The translations under genes were made by a program, and so were the position numbers. A stretch of 64,000 bases of DNA from NCBI GenBank assembly GCA_021613535.1, contig CP075493.1, positions 15,314,001 through 15,378,000 of the forward strand. Reading direction: 5' to 3'. Origin of the DNA: Adineta vaga. Its lineage: Eukaryota > Animalia > Rotifera. Of this stretch, positions 13,930 through 27,344 are shown in pieces. A model generated the notes under the pieces. It had not been told where the DNA came from, did no database searches, and was given only the letters and a program-made list of their open reading frames with translations. Numbering within the stretch: the stretch's first letter is position 1; the number at the start of each line of letters is the position of its first letter.

Positions 13930-15122
13930 CAGTAAAACGTTTTAATCATAATGTATATCTAGTTTTATTCCGACAATGGAATTTTTATGAATCTTGTTTA
14001 TATCAGATCTGAAAATATTTTCATACTATGTATGTCTATTCTGTTTAATTATTAATAAAATTATTTGTAATTCATAAAATCTTTGTTTCACTATTCTATG
14101 CTGCAATAAGAATTCCTTCACTAAAGATAAAGAGAATATTTTAGAAGTAAGTAAATCAAAGGTATGTTTGATAAATTGGATTTCGTCTAAACGTTGTTCG
14201 ATATACTTCGAAACCTTGATTAACAATTGTTAGAAGAGAACGTTTTTTTTTCAGTTTACGTGCTCTTTTTCTCTTCATTTTATATGAATTGATATAGGAA
14301 AAGTTATTTGTTGGGTTTTTTTCCCAAGGTCATAAAAATCCATTTTGTACGAACTATATTGAACATTTTCAGATCAATTCTTATAGTTTCACGGTTAGAT
14401 TTTTATTTATAAATCAAATCAAATTTTACAATTTCATCTTTTCGCTTGCCCTCACTCACATCAACGCATCACTCGATCATTTCTACATGTACTATTTTTT
14501 GAACATTTTTCCTATGTGAAACAAAATTCTGACATATTTCAGATCTGACTTGAACTATATGAAGAAAAAGAATTTCAAAAAATCGAAGACATGAGTGTTT
14601 ACCTGAAAAGTACATGTAAAAATATAAGTAAGAATCAATATTAGTTGCTGAAAGATATTTTGCTGCGGATATTCCTGATCATATCGTATTTATTGTTTTC
14701 ACAATCATCTTGTTGGAATAGTTAAAAAGTTTTATTAAAAAAAAGAAGAGCCTTAATGACATATTAGTAACAATCTTAAATATTTGTGATATGAATACAT
14801 GCTCACACTTGGAAAAAGCTGTCATATATTCTTTGTTTATAGTACATTAATAATGTTGCATGATCGTTAGCCCGACAAATCGATTTGTTCCTTGAAAATG
14901 AGTTGCATTTTTAATCTATAGTGTTTACCTAAGCATTAATAAATCAAAGGCGGAAAAGTGTTGTTAATCCATTAAAATAATATAATATCTGTTTTCTCTC
15001 ATCTTTTTCATCAATTATTTCCATATAAAAAACTTGGAAAATTGTAAAGCAATTATATTGTTTTATTCTCTTAACACAACGAGAGACACAGCTTCACAAA
15101 TCATAAAGCGAGAGTGATATCG

Positions 15123-16058
15123 ATGTTGCAAGATGATTCTTCTTCGCGATGGCGAATGACTGTATTTGGAATATTACTAACTGGTGAAGTATTATGTATT
15201 CCTTGTTACTTATTTCTCCTTTGTCATTTTATTCGTGAGAAAACTTTACGAACAAATCTTCAAAATCATTCGATTATTCTTTTATTAATCTATAATTTTA
15301 TTCAAGTGGCAATTGATCTATCAATGTATTTGGATTTTTGCCGACATGGATATTATACTTTATTCTATATTCCTCTTTGTTATCTACAAGCCTATGTGGA
15401 TTTTGCATTTTGGTATGGCGCTCTTCATATAATGTGTTGGATATCCATCGAACGACATCTCTTTATCTTTCATTCGAATCTTCTTCGAACAACACGTCAA
15501 CATATTTTATTTCATTACATTCCACTTGGATTCGCTTCAATTTATGCACCAGTTCTTTATTTCTATTTGATTATTTTATATCCCTGTAAACCTATCTATG
15601 ATCCATATTCATTTCTTTGTGCTGTTTTCTGTTATAATAATTTAACTCCCGAATGGTTTCCACAGTTTGAATTAATCGCGAATTATATTTTGCCTATTGT
15701 AATAATTGCGGTATTTAGTTGTAGTTTATTTATTCGTGTTCTCATACAAAAACGTCGTTTAAAACAAGCAATTGATTGGGGTCGTCAACGAAAAATGATT
15801 ATTCAATTAGTATTAGTTTCAATGATCTACCTTGCTTTTTATCTGCCTTTTGCTATTGCTTATATTATACCGTGGTTTGGAATTAGTTTTTTTAATAGCA
15901 ATACTTTCACAGAGTACGCCCTGATATTTACGTACACTCCTGGAATTCTAATCTCTTATGCGAATCTACTTGTTTTACCTCAATTGAAACAGAAATTTCG
16001 TGCAATAATGTTTTGGAAAAAACAAGCACGGGGAACTGTCGTTCCGTTCAGAAGATAG
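15123..16058 (+). CDS. Rhodopsin-like orphan GPCR (single exon)
   Basis: Seven hydrophobic segments; WISIERH (DRY-equivalent); RQRKMIIQL before TM6. Confidence 0.88.
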   Translation: MLQDDSSSRWRMTVFGILLTGEVLCIPCYLFLLCHFIREKTLRTNLQNHSIILLLIYNFIQVAIDLSMYLDFCRHGYYTLFYIPLCYLQAYVDFAFWYGALHIMCWISIERHLFIFHSNLLRTTRQHILFHYIPLGFASIYAPVLYFYLIILYPCKPIYDPYSFLCAVFCYNNLTPEWFPQFELIANYILPIVIIAVFSCSLFIRVLIQKRRLKQAIDWGRQRKMIIQLVLVSMIYLAFYLPFAIAYIIPWFGISFFNSNTFTEYALIFTYTPGILISYANLLVLPQLKQKFRAIMFWKKQARGTVVPFRR

Positions 16059-16716
16059 ATTTCAAATTGAGTCATATTTACCCCCAGTAATTTCATTTAC
16101 TAGAATGAATGTGGCTTTTAATATCACTTACTCTTTAGTGCGCTCTCACCGTCACCTACCGGTATCTTCAAAAAAAGTGTTGTTAATTCATTAAACTAAT
16201 ATAATGTCGCTTTTCTCTCATCTTTTCTTTTAAATCTATTTTAATCAAAATATCGAAAATAGTCATGTTTAACTATCATTACAATTATATTGAGGACTTT
16301 GAAAATTTTACAAAGTTTATTATTTGATTTAGTATAACTTGTCGTATATTTCAATTTAGTTCTGTCAGAATTGTATTTTTTCAGGTATCTTTTTGTTAAA
16401 AATCTGTTTTGTATAATAATTAGAATCGTAGATTCTATTTATGGAATTTTTTCATATATTTGCAAAGACAATAATACCCTATATCAATGATGAATTCGAT
16501 AAACAATAGATTAAAGCTTCGTTAAAATATAATTAAAATTGAAAAGAATGGTTAAATTTATTATTGGACATTCAAAGAGTGCGGAATAGAAATAAAATTA
16601 ATAACTTATACGATAGAGGACACTACTGGCTGGTGATTCGTCAACATTCCAATTTATATATTAGAGTCATTACTAGATTAATAAGCCCATATTTACTAAA
16701 CATCTGATCAACGTCT

Positions 16717-16783
16717 AGCCAGCACCTCAGCACCCATCCAGCACCTCAGCACCCAGCCAGCACCTCAGCACCCAGCCGGCACC
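16717..16783. repeat. Tandem 19-bp GC-rich repeat (~3.5 copies), possibly a transposon subterminal remnant
   Basis: (CCAGCACCTCAGCACCCAG)n followed by a partial inverted copy GGGTGCTCAGGTGC. Confidence 0.75.
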
Positions 16784-17648
16784 TACCATCATTTTTGGGT
16801 GCTCAGGTGCCCGCACTTTCCCCCTTGAGTGAAAATTAAACAAACAAAACTTGTATGTATTCAGAGTATTGAGTCATGCTTGGAAAAAAACAGTAGAGGA
16901 AAGAGAACAGAAATAATGTACATGCATTCAAAGTATTTACAGATGCTTGGAAAAAGCCAATAAAAGAAACAGAATAAATACCCAGTAAATGCGACGATGT
17001 GGTGCATATATGGTACCATATCCATTGTGAGGGTTGGCGAACAACACAATCTTTTTTTACCCATTTATCATTTATTCGTGTTTTCCAGTCTAATAAAAAG
17101 AGCTGTGAACAAGTTAACCAGAAAACTATAAGTTTTACGACATTACCTTTCACAGTAAGTAAAGAAAACATTAACAATCACTAAATTCCGTATAATTTCA
17201 AACAACTTGGGTAAGTCAGAAGGAAATGATTCGATGATCTTTTCTATTTCAAATTGACTTTTGAAAAAGAACTGGATCTCTCATCTAATAAAAGATCTAA
17301 CAAAACAACATCTTTCACAATGGCAGCGACCAGACATATTACATTACATACGAAATCAGCATTAGATTCGAAAGTAATTGACGCGGTCTCACACTCACAT
17401 CCCTCCGGAAAAAAGTCAAATCAATTGCTAAGATATCAGAAAAAGACAGAAAACGCACTGCTTTAGTGTCTTTTGTTTGATGTTATCTGAAAAACAATTA
17501 GAAACCCTGTAGACAATAAAGTATAGTTCAATCAGTGCTAAAGTTCTTCTCTCAAAACTCAGCACACCTTTTGTAGTTCAATCTCTTATTTCTATACATC
17601 CTGGGAAATTATAACTATATTATCTTTTAGATCTTCAAATAGAATAAA

Positions 17649-20600
17649 ATGCAACGTATATCTAATGATTTGAACGAAATCAAAAGGAAGTTAGCACGCA
17701 ATCCACATCATAAAGGACTACAATATGCATATACATCCGGAAAAAACAAACGCAGTCCATGTGTAGCTAGTATACTGCTCGTTGGATTAACTGGTGCTGG
17801 CAAATCTTCTACGGTTTGTGATGAACAGATCATTTTCTTTTCTATTGTATAGTTTACTAAGTTACTTTAAAAACTAAATAGTCTTCGAAAAATATTTTAA
17901 ATTAAGACAAAAAATTGAGCATTTTTATTGAACTAAATATTTAGAATTATATATTAATTGATTTCATCATTTTGTATTCTACTCAAAGATATTTATTTTT
18001 TCCTCATCAATGTTTATAAAGAACGGATAGAGCTTTTAAAAATATTACGAATTTAAACAATTAATCAACTTGTGATGTAAATACAAGTATCTTTCTATAT
18101 TTATGGCAATGAAATTGAGCAAAATAAAATGTCATTCGTATTTCGCATCTTTCGAACAATACATTTTCATTCACTAAATTTTAGGGGTCTCATCAGATGT
18201 GCACAAATGTGCAGGTGAGCGTACGAAGTGAGGTCAACATGATTCGTTTTTGTTTCCAAACAGTGGTACATCTATGATTTTTGCTAAGAACGATCAAAAA
18301 TACTTTCTCGAAGGATGGGCTACATGAGTTTCATTAAGTTTTCCTATTTTGCACGAGAATATTTCTCTTAGGAAGCTATCTTTGAGATATACCTTCATCA
18401 GTTATATAGCTAGTTTAGTCTAATCCATTTTTATATTGTTTCGAAGCTAATTGCTGTAATTGCTTTTAGTTAAATATGTTGTTTAACAACAAGAATCTAG
18501 CTGACGTTGGAGACAGCTGTTCATGCTCATCAGATATTATTGAATATGAAGTACAGGTTCCTGTTCGGGAATTGGACGTCGAGAACACAGTTCTTCGAAT
18601 CATTGATACACCTGGATTTGGAGACACAAGAGATTCTGATTTCGATGCTCGGTTAATTGCAACACTTAAGCACTACTTTGAATCACATAAAGACTTCGCA
18701 TCTGAACAAGTTCCAACAGTGGTTCTTATCACAGCTGGGTTTACAGATAATAGATTCGAAGGAGAAACTTCGGCTTTTGTTAAAATGCTCAAAGGATTAA
18801 AAAGCATGGAAAAAAGCATATTTGACGTACAAAATTCCAATACTATGTTACTATTGACGCATTTTATGAGTGGAAAACCCAGCGAACGTAAGCATCCGGA
18901 AAATAAATGCTCATCCATTGGTGCAGTTCTTCATCAGTTTATTAATTTACCAAAACCCATTATTACAATTTTGGCAGAAAATGAAGCGGTTGATTTTGAG
19001 TTGCCAAAGCAAAATGGTTACTTTAAGCTACCAAATGGAGAATTTTATCCTTACAACTTATTTCAAGCAATTCAAACTCTTACTACTAAATCAGGAGATG
19101 TTATGGGAGAAACAATAATACGCACTGCTTTCAAAGACATAAAGGCATTTGAAATTCAAAAACGAAAAATAGAACTCTTAAAAGTTGGATCACAGCTTGT
19201 GAATAGTGCTACAGAAGTTATGAATCGAATAACGTTTAATATTACTAAAACAGAAATAGCGGATAAGTTATATTCATGCTGGAACAATATGAGCTCATCC
19301 GAACGTAATGATTGTCCAGGTACACTGGAATGTATACAAAGAGTCTTCGAAAGAAAAGGAATTTGTACAATGGCACAATTACCGAAAACCGAAAGTGAAA
19401 TTCTTAATTTAATGAAAGAAATTCCATCAAATTATGTTGTTCCAAAATTACTGGAACAAGCACTGGGAATCAAAGTTCCTAAACTAAACTTTTCACCTGT
19501 TGTCGGTTACTGTTACAGTATTATCAATGACTGCACGATTCCTGCATCTATTTTTAATTTAGGAACAACCTATATCTTGTCTCCAATTGGTTATATGATG
19601 CCATCAGAATTTGTGTGTGATGTATGTTCTGAAACAAAAGACGCTTGCCAATTTTTCAATTCTGACAATGAATATATCAATGCCAGATTAAGTGACCTAA
19701 ATGTAATTGGACAAGTCAATGCTAATGCATTCAAGTTTAATATCAACGTTCGAGCAGCCAAGGGTTACAATATTATTAATAAGAACGCTGAACGTCATGT
19801 TAACACCACATTTACTTCACTTCGTGAATATCGACAGTTTCGACTAACCTTAGCAAGTGATATTGAATTGAATTCCGATTTTGTGTCTGCAATACAACGT
19901 TTGCCAAAGTTTGAATTGAACAATTCGAACTCTGTAGCACAATTTACAGAGTTCTTTCAAAGATTTGGAACTCATGTTGTGACATCGTGTTTTGGTGGTG
20001 GAGCAATTGAAATAGAAGCCTCCGTAGAAAATGCAAACACTACTATAAATATGCAAGATTTAAGAAGCTTGGTAGGTCAATTAAAAGCTGGTTTTTCAGA
20101 CAAATTCAGACTAGAAGTGGATGCTACATACACTAATGGCTATCAGTACACATCAAGAAGAGATCTCACAAATATACATTACTCTACTTCCTTCAAAGGG
20201 GGAGATATCATGTTCCATCTTCAAAACCCCGATGGAAACTCACACGAAACAGTCATTGAATATAAAAGAAAATGGATTGAGTCTTTGACTACTCAACCCG
20301 TGATGTTGAATACAGATATGAAGATAGTTCCTGTAAGCTACTATGTGAGACAAAAGAACCAAAATACAGCAGAAAATATTGATCTGGCTTCCCAAAAGTT
20401 ATTTGAAGCAAATTTAAAGTATACAGCACCACCACCACCACCGCCGCCGCCTCCAAGACTGGAAGTTCAGGCTCCGTCGCAGCCGAGTAGTGGTTGTTTG
20501 AAAGCTGGTACTTTAATAATGTTATCCGATGGACGTAAATTACCAATTGAAATTATCCGTTCAGGAGACATGGTATTAGACATTAATTTGAAGCCTTGTA

Positions 20601-21445
20601 GAGTTATTGGAGTTAATCATATGTTTATGGATGGCAAAAATTTGTATGGATTTTCGAAAAATAATTGCTTCTTTACAGGTGGTCATATTTTTGTACAGAA
20701 TAAATCAAATGACTTTTTCGTTATTTCAAGACAAGAACTTTTAAAAGATAATCCTTTCATGGATAAATTAAATATTATTGAAGTCCAATCTGGTCAATCG
20801 ATCGAAGTAATGAAGTTAAAAGATGAATCTGGCATGCAAAATATTGTTTGTGAAACCGTAACAATTTTTAAAGATGAAACAGAATATGATGCTGCAGTTC
20901 CAGTATATTTTTTAATTGTTGAGAGTGCAACTGGTACTTATATTGCAAACGACTATGTTTGCCGTCATGAGTTACCAACATTTGAATGCTGGCCTAATAC
21001 ATTAGTTTGTCTTCAAAAAATTTTCACTTCGAACGTTGTAAAGCAAAACTCAATTGGAAAAAAATTGTCTCCATCAGAACTATGTCAAATAGAGAAAATA
21101 GCAGATTACGCTGCCAAACAATTGAAGAAAGAATTTTTACCAAAACATGGTACATTTTTTAATGATATTACAAACACAGAACATGATAGCACTGCAACAG
21201 AATTGATTGTAAGTGAAATGTCACTTTATTTGACAACATTATTGGAAATGACTCATGATAATTATTGGTCAGCTTTTGGAATGTTGATTTATGGTCGATG
21301 TGGATACCTCATACGTGATCTTCTAGATAATCAAAAAAAGAAACCAGTGTCAAGTTCGATACTTGCTGATTTTATCATCAAATCTATTGAAAATTTTTAT
21401 ACAAATACCTTATTGAGGGTGAGAGATGGCGACATTAATATGTGA
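17649..21445 (+). CDS. P-loop GTPase (AIG1/septin-like) - MACPF - polyPro - Hint - C-terminal tail fusion protein, ~1046 aa; exons 17649-17813 and 18470-21445
   Basis: G1 GLTGAGKSST spliced in frame to LNMLF; G3 IIDTPG; MACPF signature FGTHVVTSCFGGG (~19964-20002); Pro9 linker; Hint blocks SSG|CLKAGTLI (Cys at 20495), FFTGGHIF (TxxH), VPVYFLIV, TYIANDYVCRH (His at 20966). Confidence 0.88.
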
Positions 21446-21464
21446 ATATACTATCCTCACCCAC
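21414..21464. repeat. Telomere-like palindromic element (degenerate) overlapping the last codons and stop of the MACPF-Hint gene
   Basis: TGAGGGTGAGAG ... ATCCTCACCCAC. Confidence 0.55.
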
Positions 21465-21698
21465 TTTTGCTTATTCACTTGCTTACATATCTTTTTTTTT
21501 TGAGAATTATTATTAATCGTTGCTTTTTATCGAAATAAACTAGATTGTGTAGTGTAAGAAACGTTTGTATAGTTTATGTCGACTTTTTTGTTTTCAAATA
21601 TGAACCCATCACTCAATAGTATTAGATTAATCTATAAAAAATGAGTAAAAATATAATACAGTATCCATCTATGTACATACTAATGATCACGGATAAGA

Positions 21699-21752
21699 TG
21701 AGGGTGTGGGTACCACAGTTCATTCTCTACCGTCCCACACCCACACCCTCAA
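21699..21752. repeat. Telomere-like palindromic element
   Basis: TGAGGGTGTGGGT-accacagttcattctctaccgt-CCCACACCCACACCCTCAA. Confidence 0.9.
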
Positions 21753-22357
21753 GAGTATACTAGCACCATGACTTTTTGTTCCTGTAACGATGAAATCAAA
21801 ACAAATGAAATTTACTCGATTTCTTTGTAAAACATTAGCTAAATCTTTCGCACCTTTATCAGTAATACAATTCCATCCAATATCAAGATTTGTCAATGTC
21901 TATATATTCAATATTGCAAAGGTAAATCATCATGATACGCTTTTATTTTCTTACTGTATTTTGCTCTAAAATTTTTGTAAAATGCTTAGCTCCAGCATCG
22001 CCAATTCGATTATGTTGAAGATTAATCGTCAGAAGTGTCGATAACTGAAATCTTATTTCTTGTGATATGATTGAATCATTATAATTAATCATACCTTATT
22101 ATATCGTAATGCTCGAACAATCATTCGTCCACATCTATCCCTAATTCCATTATTTGATAAATTTAATGTAGTAATTATCTATACAAGACAAGAAAAAGCT
22201 AAATTTACGGTATTATTATACAATGTATGTGTTATGTGACGTGTAGCTTTCGTATCAATTCTTGTATTTTGAAGATTCCATGTAGTAAAAGTCTAAATTG
22301 ATTAATCAAAACTGACTTATTTTTTGAATGAAGAATTGATATTATACTATATCGTTT
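21749..22357 (-). pseudogene. Leucine-rich-repeat (RNI/NLRC3-like) gene fragment, one 28-aa repeat per exon, no 5' end
   Basis: Manual translation of exons between GT-AG introns: TFTTWNLQNTRIDTKATRHITHTLYNNT; IITTLNLSNNGIRDRCGRMIVRALRYNK; TLLTINLQHNRIGDAGAKHFTKILEQNT; TLTNLDIGWNCITDKGAKDLANVLQRNR. Confidence 0.8.
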
Positions 22358-22411
22358 TGAGGGTGTGAGTGTGGAAGTGGGTATGAAATAGTAAGACACC
22401 CTCACCCTTAA
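22358..22411. repeat. Telomere-like palindromic element
   Basis: TGAGGGTGTGAGTGTGGAAGTGGGT ... ACACCCTCACCCTTAA. Confidence 0.85.
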
Positions 22412-22522
22412 GATTTATTGATTAAAATAAAGAAGTAATGAGAATCAAAATGAGTTTAAGTAACTTAATATTTTAGAAAATGGCTTTTATTCATCAGTTA
22501 TTTGTATTGTGTCTTATTCCAC

Positions 22523-24649
22523 TTATTTTTTCACTTTGATTGGAGTTGTAGTTAGCTGTTGTTCATGCTCAACTGGTGGTCGAACGATGTTTTTCGGTTC
22601 AACAGAATCATTAGTAATATCACTTGGATTATTCTTATTTAGCTTTCCTGAAATTGCCTCTAAAACCACTAAAAGATCGGTTTCTATTGTACTAAAATCA
22701 CCGAAAGTATCACGATAATCATAAGCTATATTATCGTCTACCTGAAGTATAGTGTAAGCCTTCTCTAATCTTTCTTTTAAATCTTGCAATTTTCGTCGTC
22801 GATCTCGAATATAATCATCTTCAGCAAGATATTTATCAATCAAATCGCATCGTTGAATAGCAATTTGTCGTAGACGTTGTCGTACATTAGGACATACAGC
22901 AAAAACACATCCTGCGCGTAAAGATAGTGTTACATAGTCAATAAAGCGTTTGATCAATAAATGCCAATATGAATATATACTAATTAACATTTGTTTCACT
23001 GCTTGATCATCTGTAGAAATTGCTGCGAATAACAATTCATCATCCTCTTTATCATCAGTACCATCCGCAATGCAAAAACTTGTAGGTGCTGTAGTCGGTT
23101 CATTTCGCTCTAAAGGTCCTTTATATTTTTCTACGAAATCCATATAAGACGTATTAATTGTATATGGATCATTTTGATCCAATTCAATTAATTCTTTTAA
23201 TTGACTCAAGACGACTTCCTTTTTCTCATTCATATATGTACAGGTAACTTGATGAAATATACGTATAATTTTTGACAACAAAGCATTGTCCTTACACGCA
23301 TCTTCTTCCTCTTGCGATAGTTGATAAACTGTTGTAAGAAAACAGTCGTTAATAAGTTTGTTTGTAGCATCCCATAATTGATCAAGTTTATCACATATGA
23401 ATTGTTTCAACATAGAGCTACAATGAAAGTTTGGTAATTGCTCACCAGAACATTTAACCAATTCTTGTTGGACTTTTACACGATATTCATTTGAAAATAA
23501 TTCTCTCCGTTGTTTTCGTATATTTTTTCTGAACGTTACAAACTTTTGATGCAAAATATTTATTGTGCTAATACGTTCTCCACGATTTGAACCCATAAGT
23601 CGTACTTTTAGAATTTTTTCGACGTATGCATCAACTAGTTCATTGTAAGCTGTTAAACGTGCTGCAGTTGTTCGTAGATCTGGAGGCAATTTCGATATTT
23701 GTTCATCGACTTCGACTAACTGAATCTGTATGTTGTGTCTAATATTTGGAAATGTTTCCTTGACATGATCAGAATACAAAACTGTTAAACGATTAATCAA
23801 TGCATCAATACCAAGACAGTTTTGTGGAACAGAAAGTAACGCTGGATGTTGATTGAAAAATTCTTGTTCACGATTGCGTGCATCTTCTAAGGAAATATTT
23901 TCGTCTGTGCTACGATTACGAACGGCAACAAAACCTAATTTCAAACGAGTTACATCGTGTCTATTCATTAGCAGTTGTTTCACAAGCGTTTCCTGGTCAG
24001 TAGCTAGATCGGATTTTGTGATAACACCAATTGTTCGTTTTCCTGATGGATCTACTTCACGTGCTAATGACAATGATTCAACCGTTGCAATATCGACGTT
24101 AGCAGGAAATACACATAGAATAACACTACCTTCTTGACTAATATATTTCTTAATTAACTTGATTGTTTGCGTATAAATATCTCCTGGTTGATCACCCATA
24201 GGATAGCGTGCAATACCAGGTAAATCGACAAGTGTTAAATCACGAACATGAGGATCTTCAACTTGTAATTCAATCAAATCTTGAACAATATTCTTATTAT
24301 TACCAGCTAAATGCCTGGTTTCTTCTTCGATATATCGTGGCATAATCAAATTTGCTTCATTCAATATAACTTTTCGATTACCATCATACACACGATATAC
24401 AGTTCGTTTACTAGATTTACGTAATCTTAATACTAATGGACATCTTGTTACAATACCAGAACCTTTAGGAAGTTCAACTAACGATAAAGATTCTAATAAT
24501 GTTGTTTTACCACTTGACTGATCCCCCACTACAACAACATTTGGAAAAATAATACCAGCATTGTCCATTGATAATAGTGGTCGAACTTGATCAATTTTAT
24601 CCATTAAAGGACGAATACTTTCATCATATGCTTTTGTAAATGTATCCAT
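22523..24649 (-). CDS. Mx-like dynamin-family large GTPase (single exon, 708 aa)
   Basis: VVVGDQSSGKT (G1), LPKGSGIVTRCPL, LVDLPG (G3), ITKSD (G4), middle domain and GED-like C-terminal helix; Mx-like N-terminus YDESIRPLMDKIDQVR. Confidence 0.92.
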   Translation of the reverse strand: MDTFTKAYDESIRPLMDKIDQVRPLLSMDNAGIIFPNVVVVGDQSSGKTTLLESLSLVELPKGSGIVTRCPLVLRLRKSSKRTVYRVYDGNRKVILNEANLIMPRYIEEETRHLAGNNKNIVQDLIELQVEDPHVRDLTLVDLPGIARYPMGDQPGDIYTQTIKLIKKYISQEGSVILCVFPANVDIATVESLSLAREVDPSGKRTIGVITKSDLATDQETLVKQLLMNRHDVTRLKLGFVAVRNRSTDENISLEDARNREQEFFNQHPALLSVPQNCLGIDALINRLTVLYSDHVKETFPNIRHNIQIQLVEVDEQISKLPPDLRTTAARLTAYNELVDAYVEKILKVRLMGSNRGERISTINILHQKFVTFRKNIRKQRRELFSNEYRVKVQQELVKCSGEQLPNFHCSSMLKQFICDKLDQLWDATNKLINDCFLTTVYQLSQEEEDACKDNALLSKIIRIFHQVTCTYMNEKKEVVLSQLKELIELDQNDPYTINTSYMDFVEKYKGPLERNEPTTAPTSFCIADGTDDKEDDELLFAAISTDDQAVKQMLISIYSYWHLLIKRFIDYVTLSLRAGCVFAVCPNVRQRLRQIAIQRCDLIDKYLAEDDYIRDRRRKLQDLKERLEKAYTILQVDDNIAYDYRDTFGDFSTIETDLLVVLEAISGKLNKNNPSDITNDSVEPKNIVRPPVEHEQQLTTTPIKVKK

Positions 24650-25439
24650 TGTTTTGTGATTTGCACAAATGATTTTTCAAAGTTTGGTTTTGATTGAATT
24701 ATTTGAATACCGAAGTAATAAAAATTCTTTGACTGATTTTTTCATCTTCGTTTGCTCGTATATATACTATTTCGTCGTAGTCGACAGTGAGCAAATGTGG
24801 GTTTTTCTCCAAAACAATTTCGATTTGTTGTTGGAAGAACTCCAAAGCGTAATTGATTTTACCTTTCAGCCGCACTTTTTCCAACCATTTCACCGCATCA
24901 TAAAAATTTCCAATTGTCAGCACACAACACGGTAGCTATTCGTATGTCTTTTTCGATCAATAGAATAGACGAACATTTTTATGGTTCTCTTTAACGTAGA
25001 CGACAGTGTTTCTAATGGAAATCTAAAACAAAATGTATTTGTACATTTTATTTTCGTGAGCATAATGTATCAAAGTGTACATATGTAGTTTAGTGTAATG
25101 TAAAAAAACGAAAAATAGTAGATTGCTCATGTTTTTCTTTTGTAAATAAAGGAAACTATATCAGATGAACAAATAAACAATAAATGCAAGAAAAATTGTT
25201 TATCCAACATACACACAAAAATCAACACAATACGAAACACAGTGTAATTTGTGTATGCAAAGTGTATTTTGTACACTCTGTTTTTCGGACTAAGTGTACA
25301 GTAGAGTGTATTTCGAGAATAGCAGGTGTTCTGTACATTTTGTGTTTGCTTGGTACACTTGCCATTAGAAACACTGGTAGACGATTTGTAATTTTGTTTA
25401 CAATAACATTATGAATAAAGTGTACTATACAAAAAACTC

Positions 25440-25497
25440 GAGGGTAGGGTGGGTGTGGGTGTATTTATTCTGATTTCACACCCACCCACACCCTCAA
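25440..25497. repeat. Telomere-like palindromic element
   Basis: GAGGGTAGGGTGGGTGTGGGTGT-atttattctgatttc-ACACCCACCCACACCCTCAA. Confidence 0.9.
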
Positions 25498-25574
25498 ATA
25501 GTAAAAAATGTTTTATTGAAAGTAGACAGTGGATTTTTAACTTATATATTTAAGAAAGTATATTTGTTTTTGTA

Positions 25575-25680
25575 AGAATCCAATGGAATCAAAAAAGGAT
25601 CTATCGGAATCCATAGGAATCTATCGGAGTCCAAAAGAATCAGTTAGAATCATTGGAATCTAAATTGACCGGATTCCGCT
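25575..25680. repeat. Degenerate ~10-bp tandem repeat (GGAATC core)
   Basis: gaatccaatggaatc..ggatctatcggaatccataggaatctatcggagtcc..gaatc..gaatcattggaatc. Confidence 0.6.
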
Positions 25681-25786
25681 CTTTCCCCCTTGCTCCGCCA
25701 TCTATGGTGCAAGTTATATGCATAAAGAAATTTATTTATTTAAAGAAAAAATTCAAAAACGTTGTCGGATATACGTATGCTGAGTT

Positions 25787-27344
<1,558 letters not shown>

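Noticed and set aside
20495-20971. Canonical mobile intein
   Set aside because: No terminal His-Asn or +1 nucleophile, no homing endonuclease, and it sits after a linker rather than inside a conserved motif
24669-24935. ORF upstream of the Mx-like gene as an extra N-terminal domain
   Set aside because: No clear ATG or splice link to 24649 and no recognisable motif
25690-25710. CTCF-like motif CCGCCATCTATGG
   Set aside because: Single imperfect match, not distinguishable from chance or a TE end
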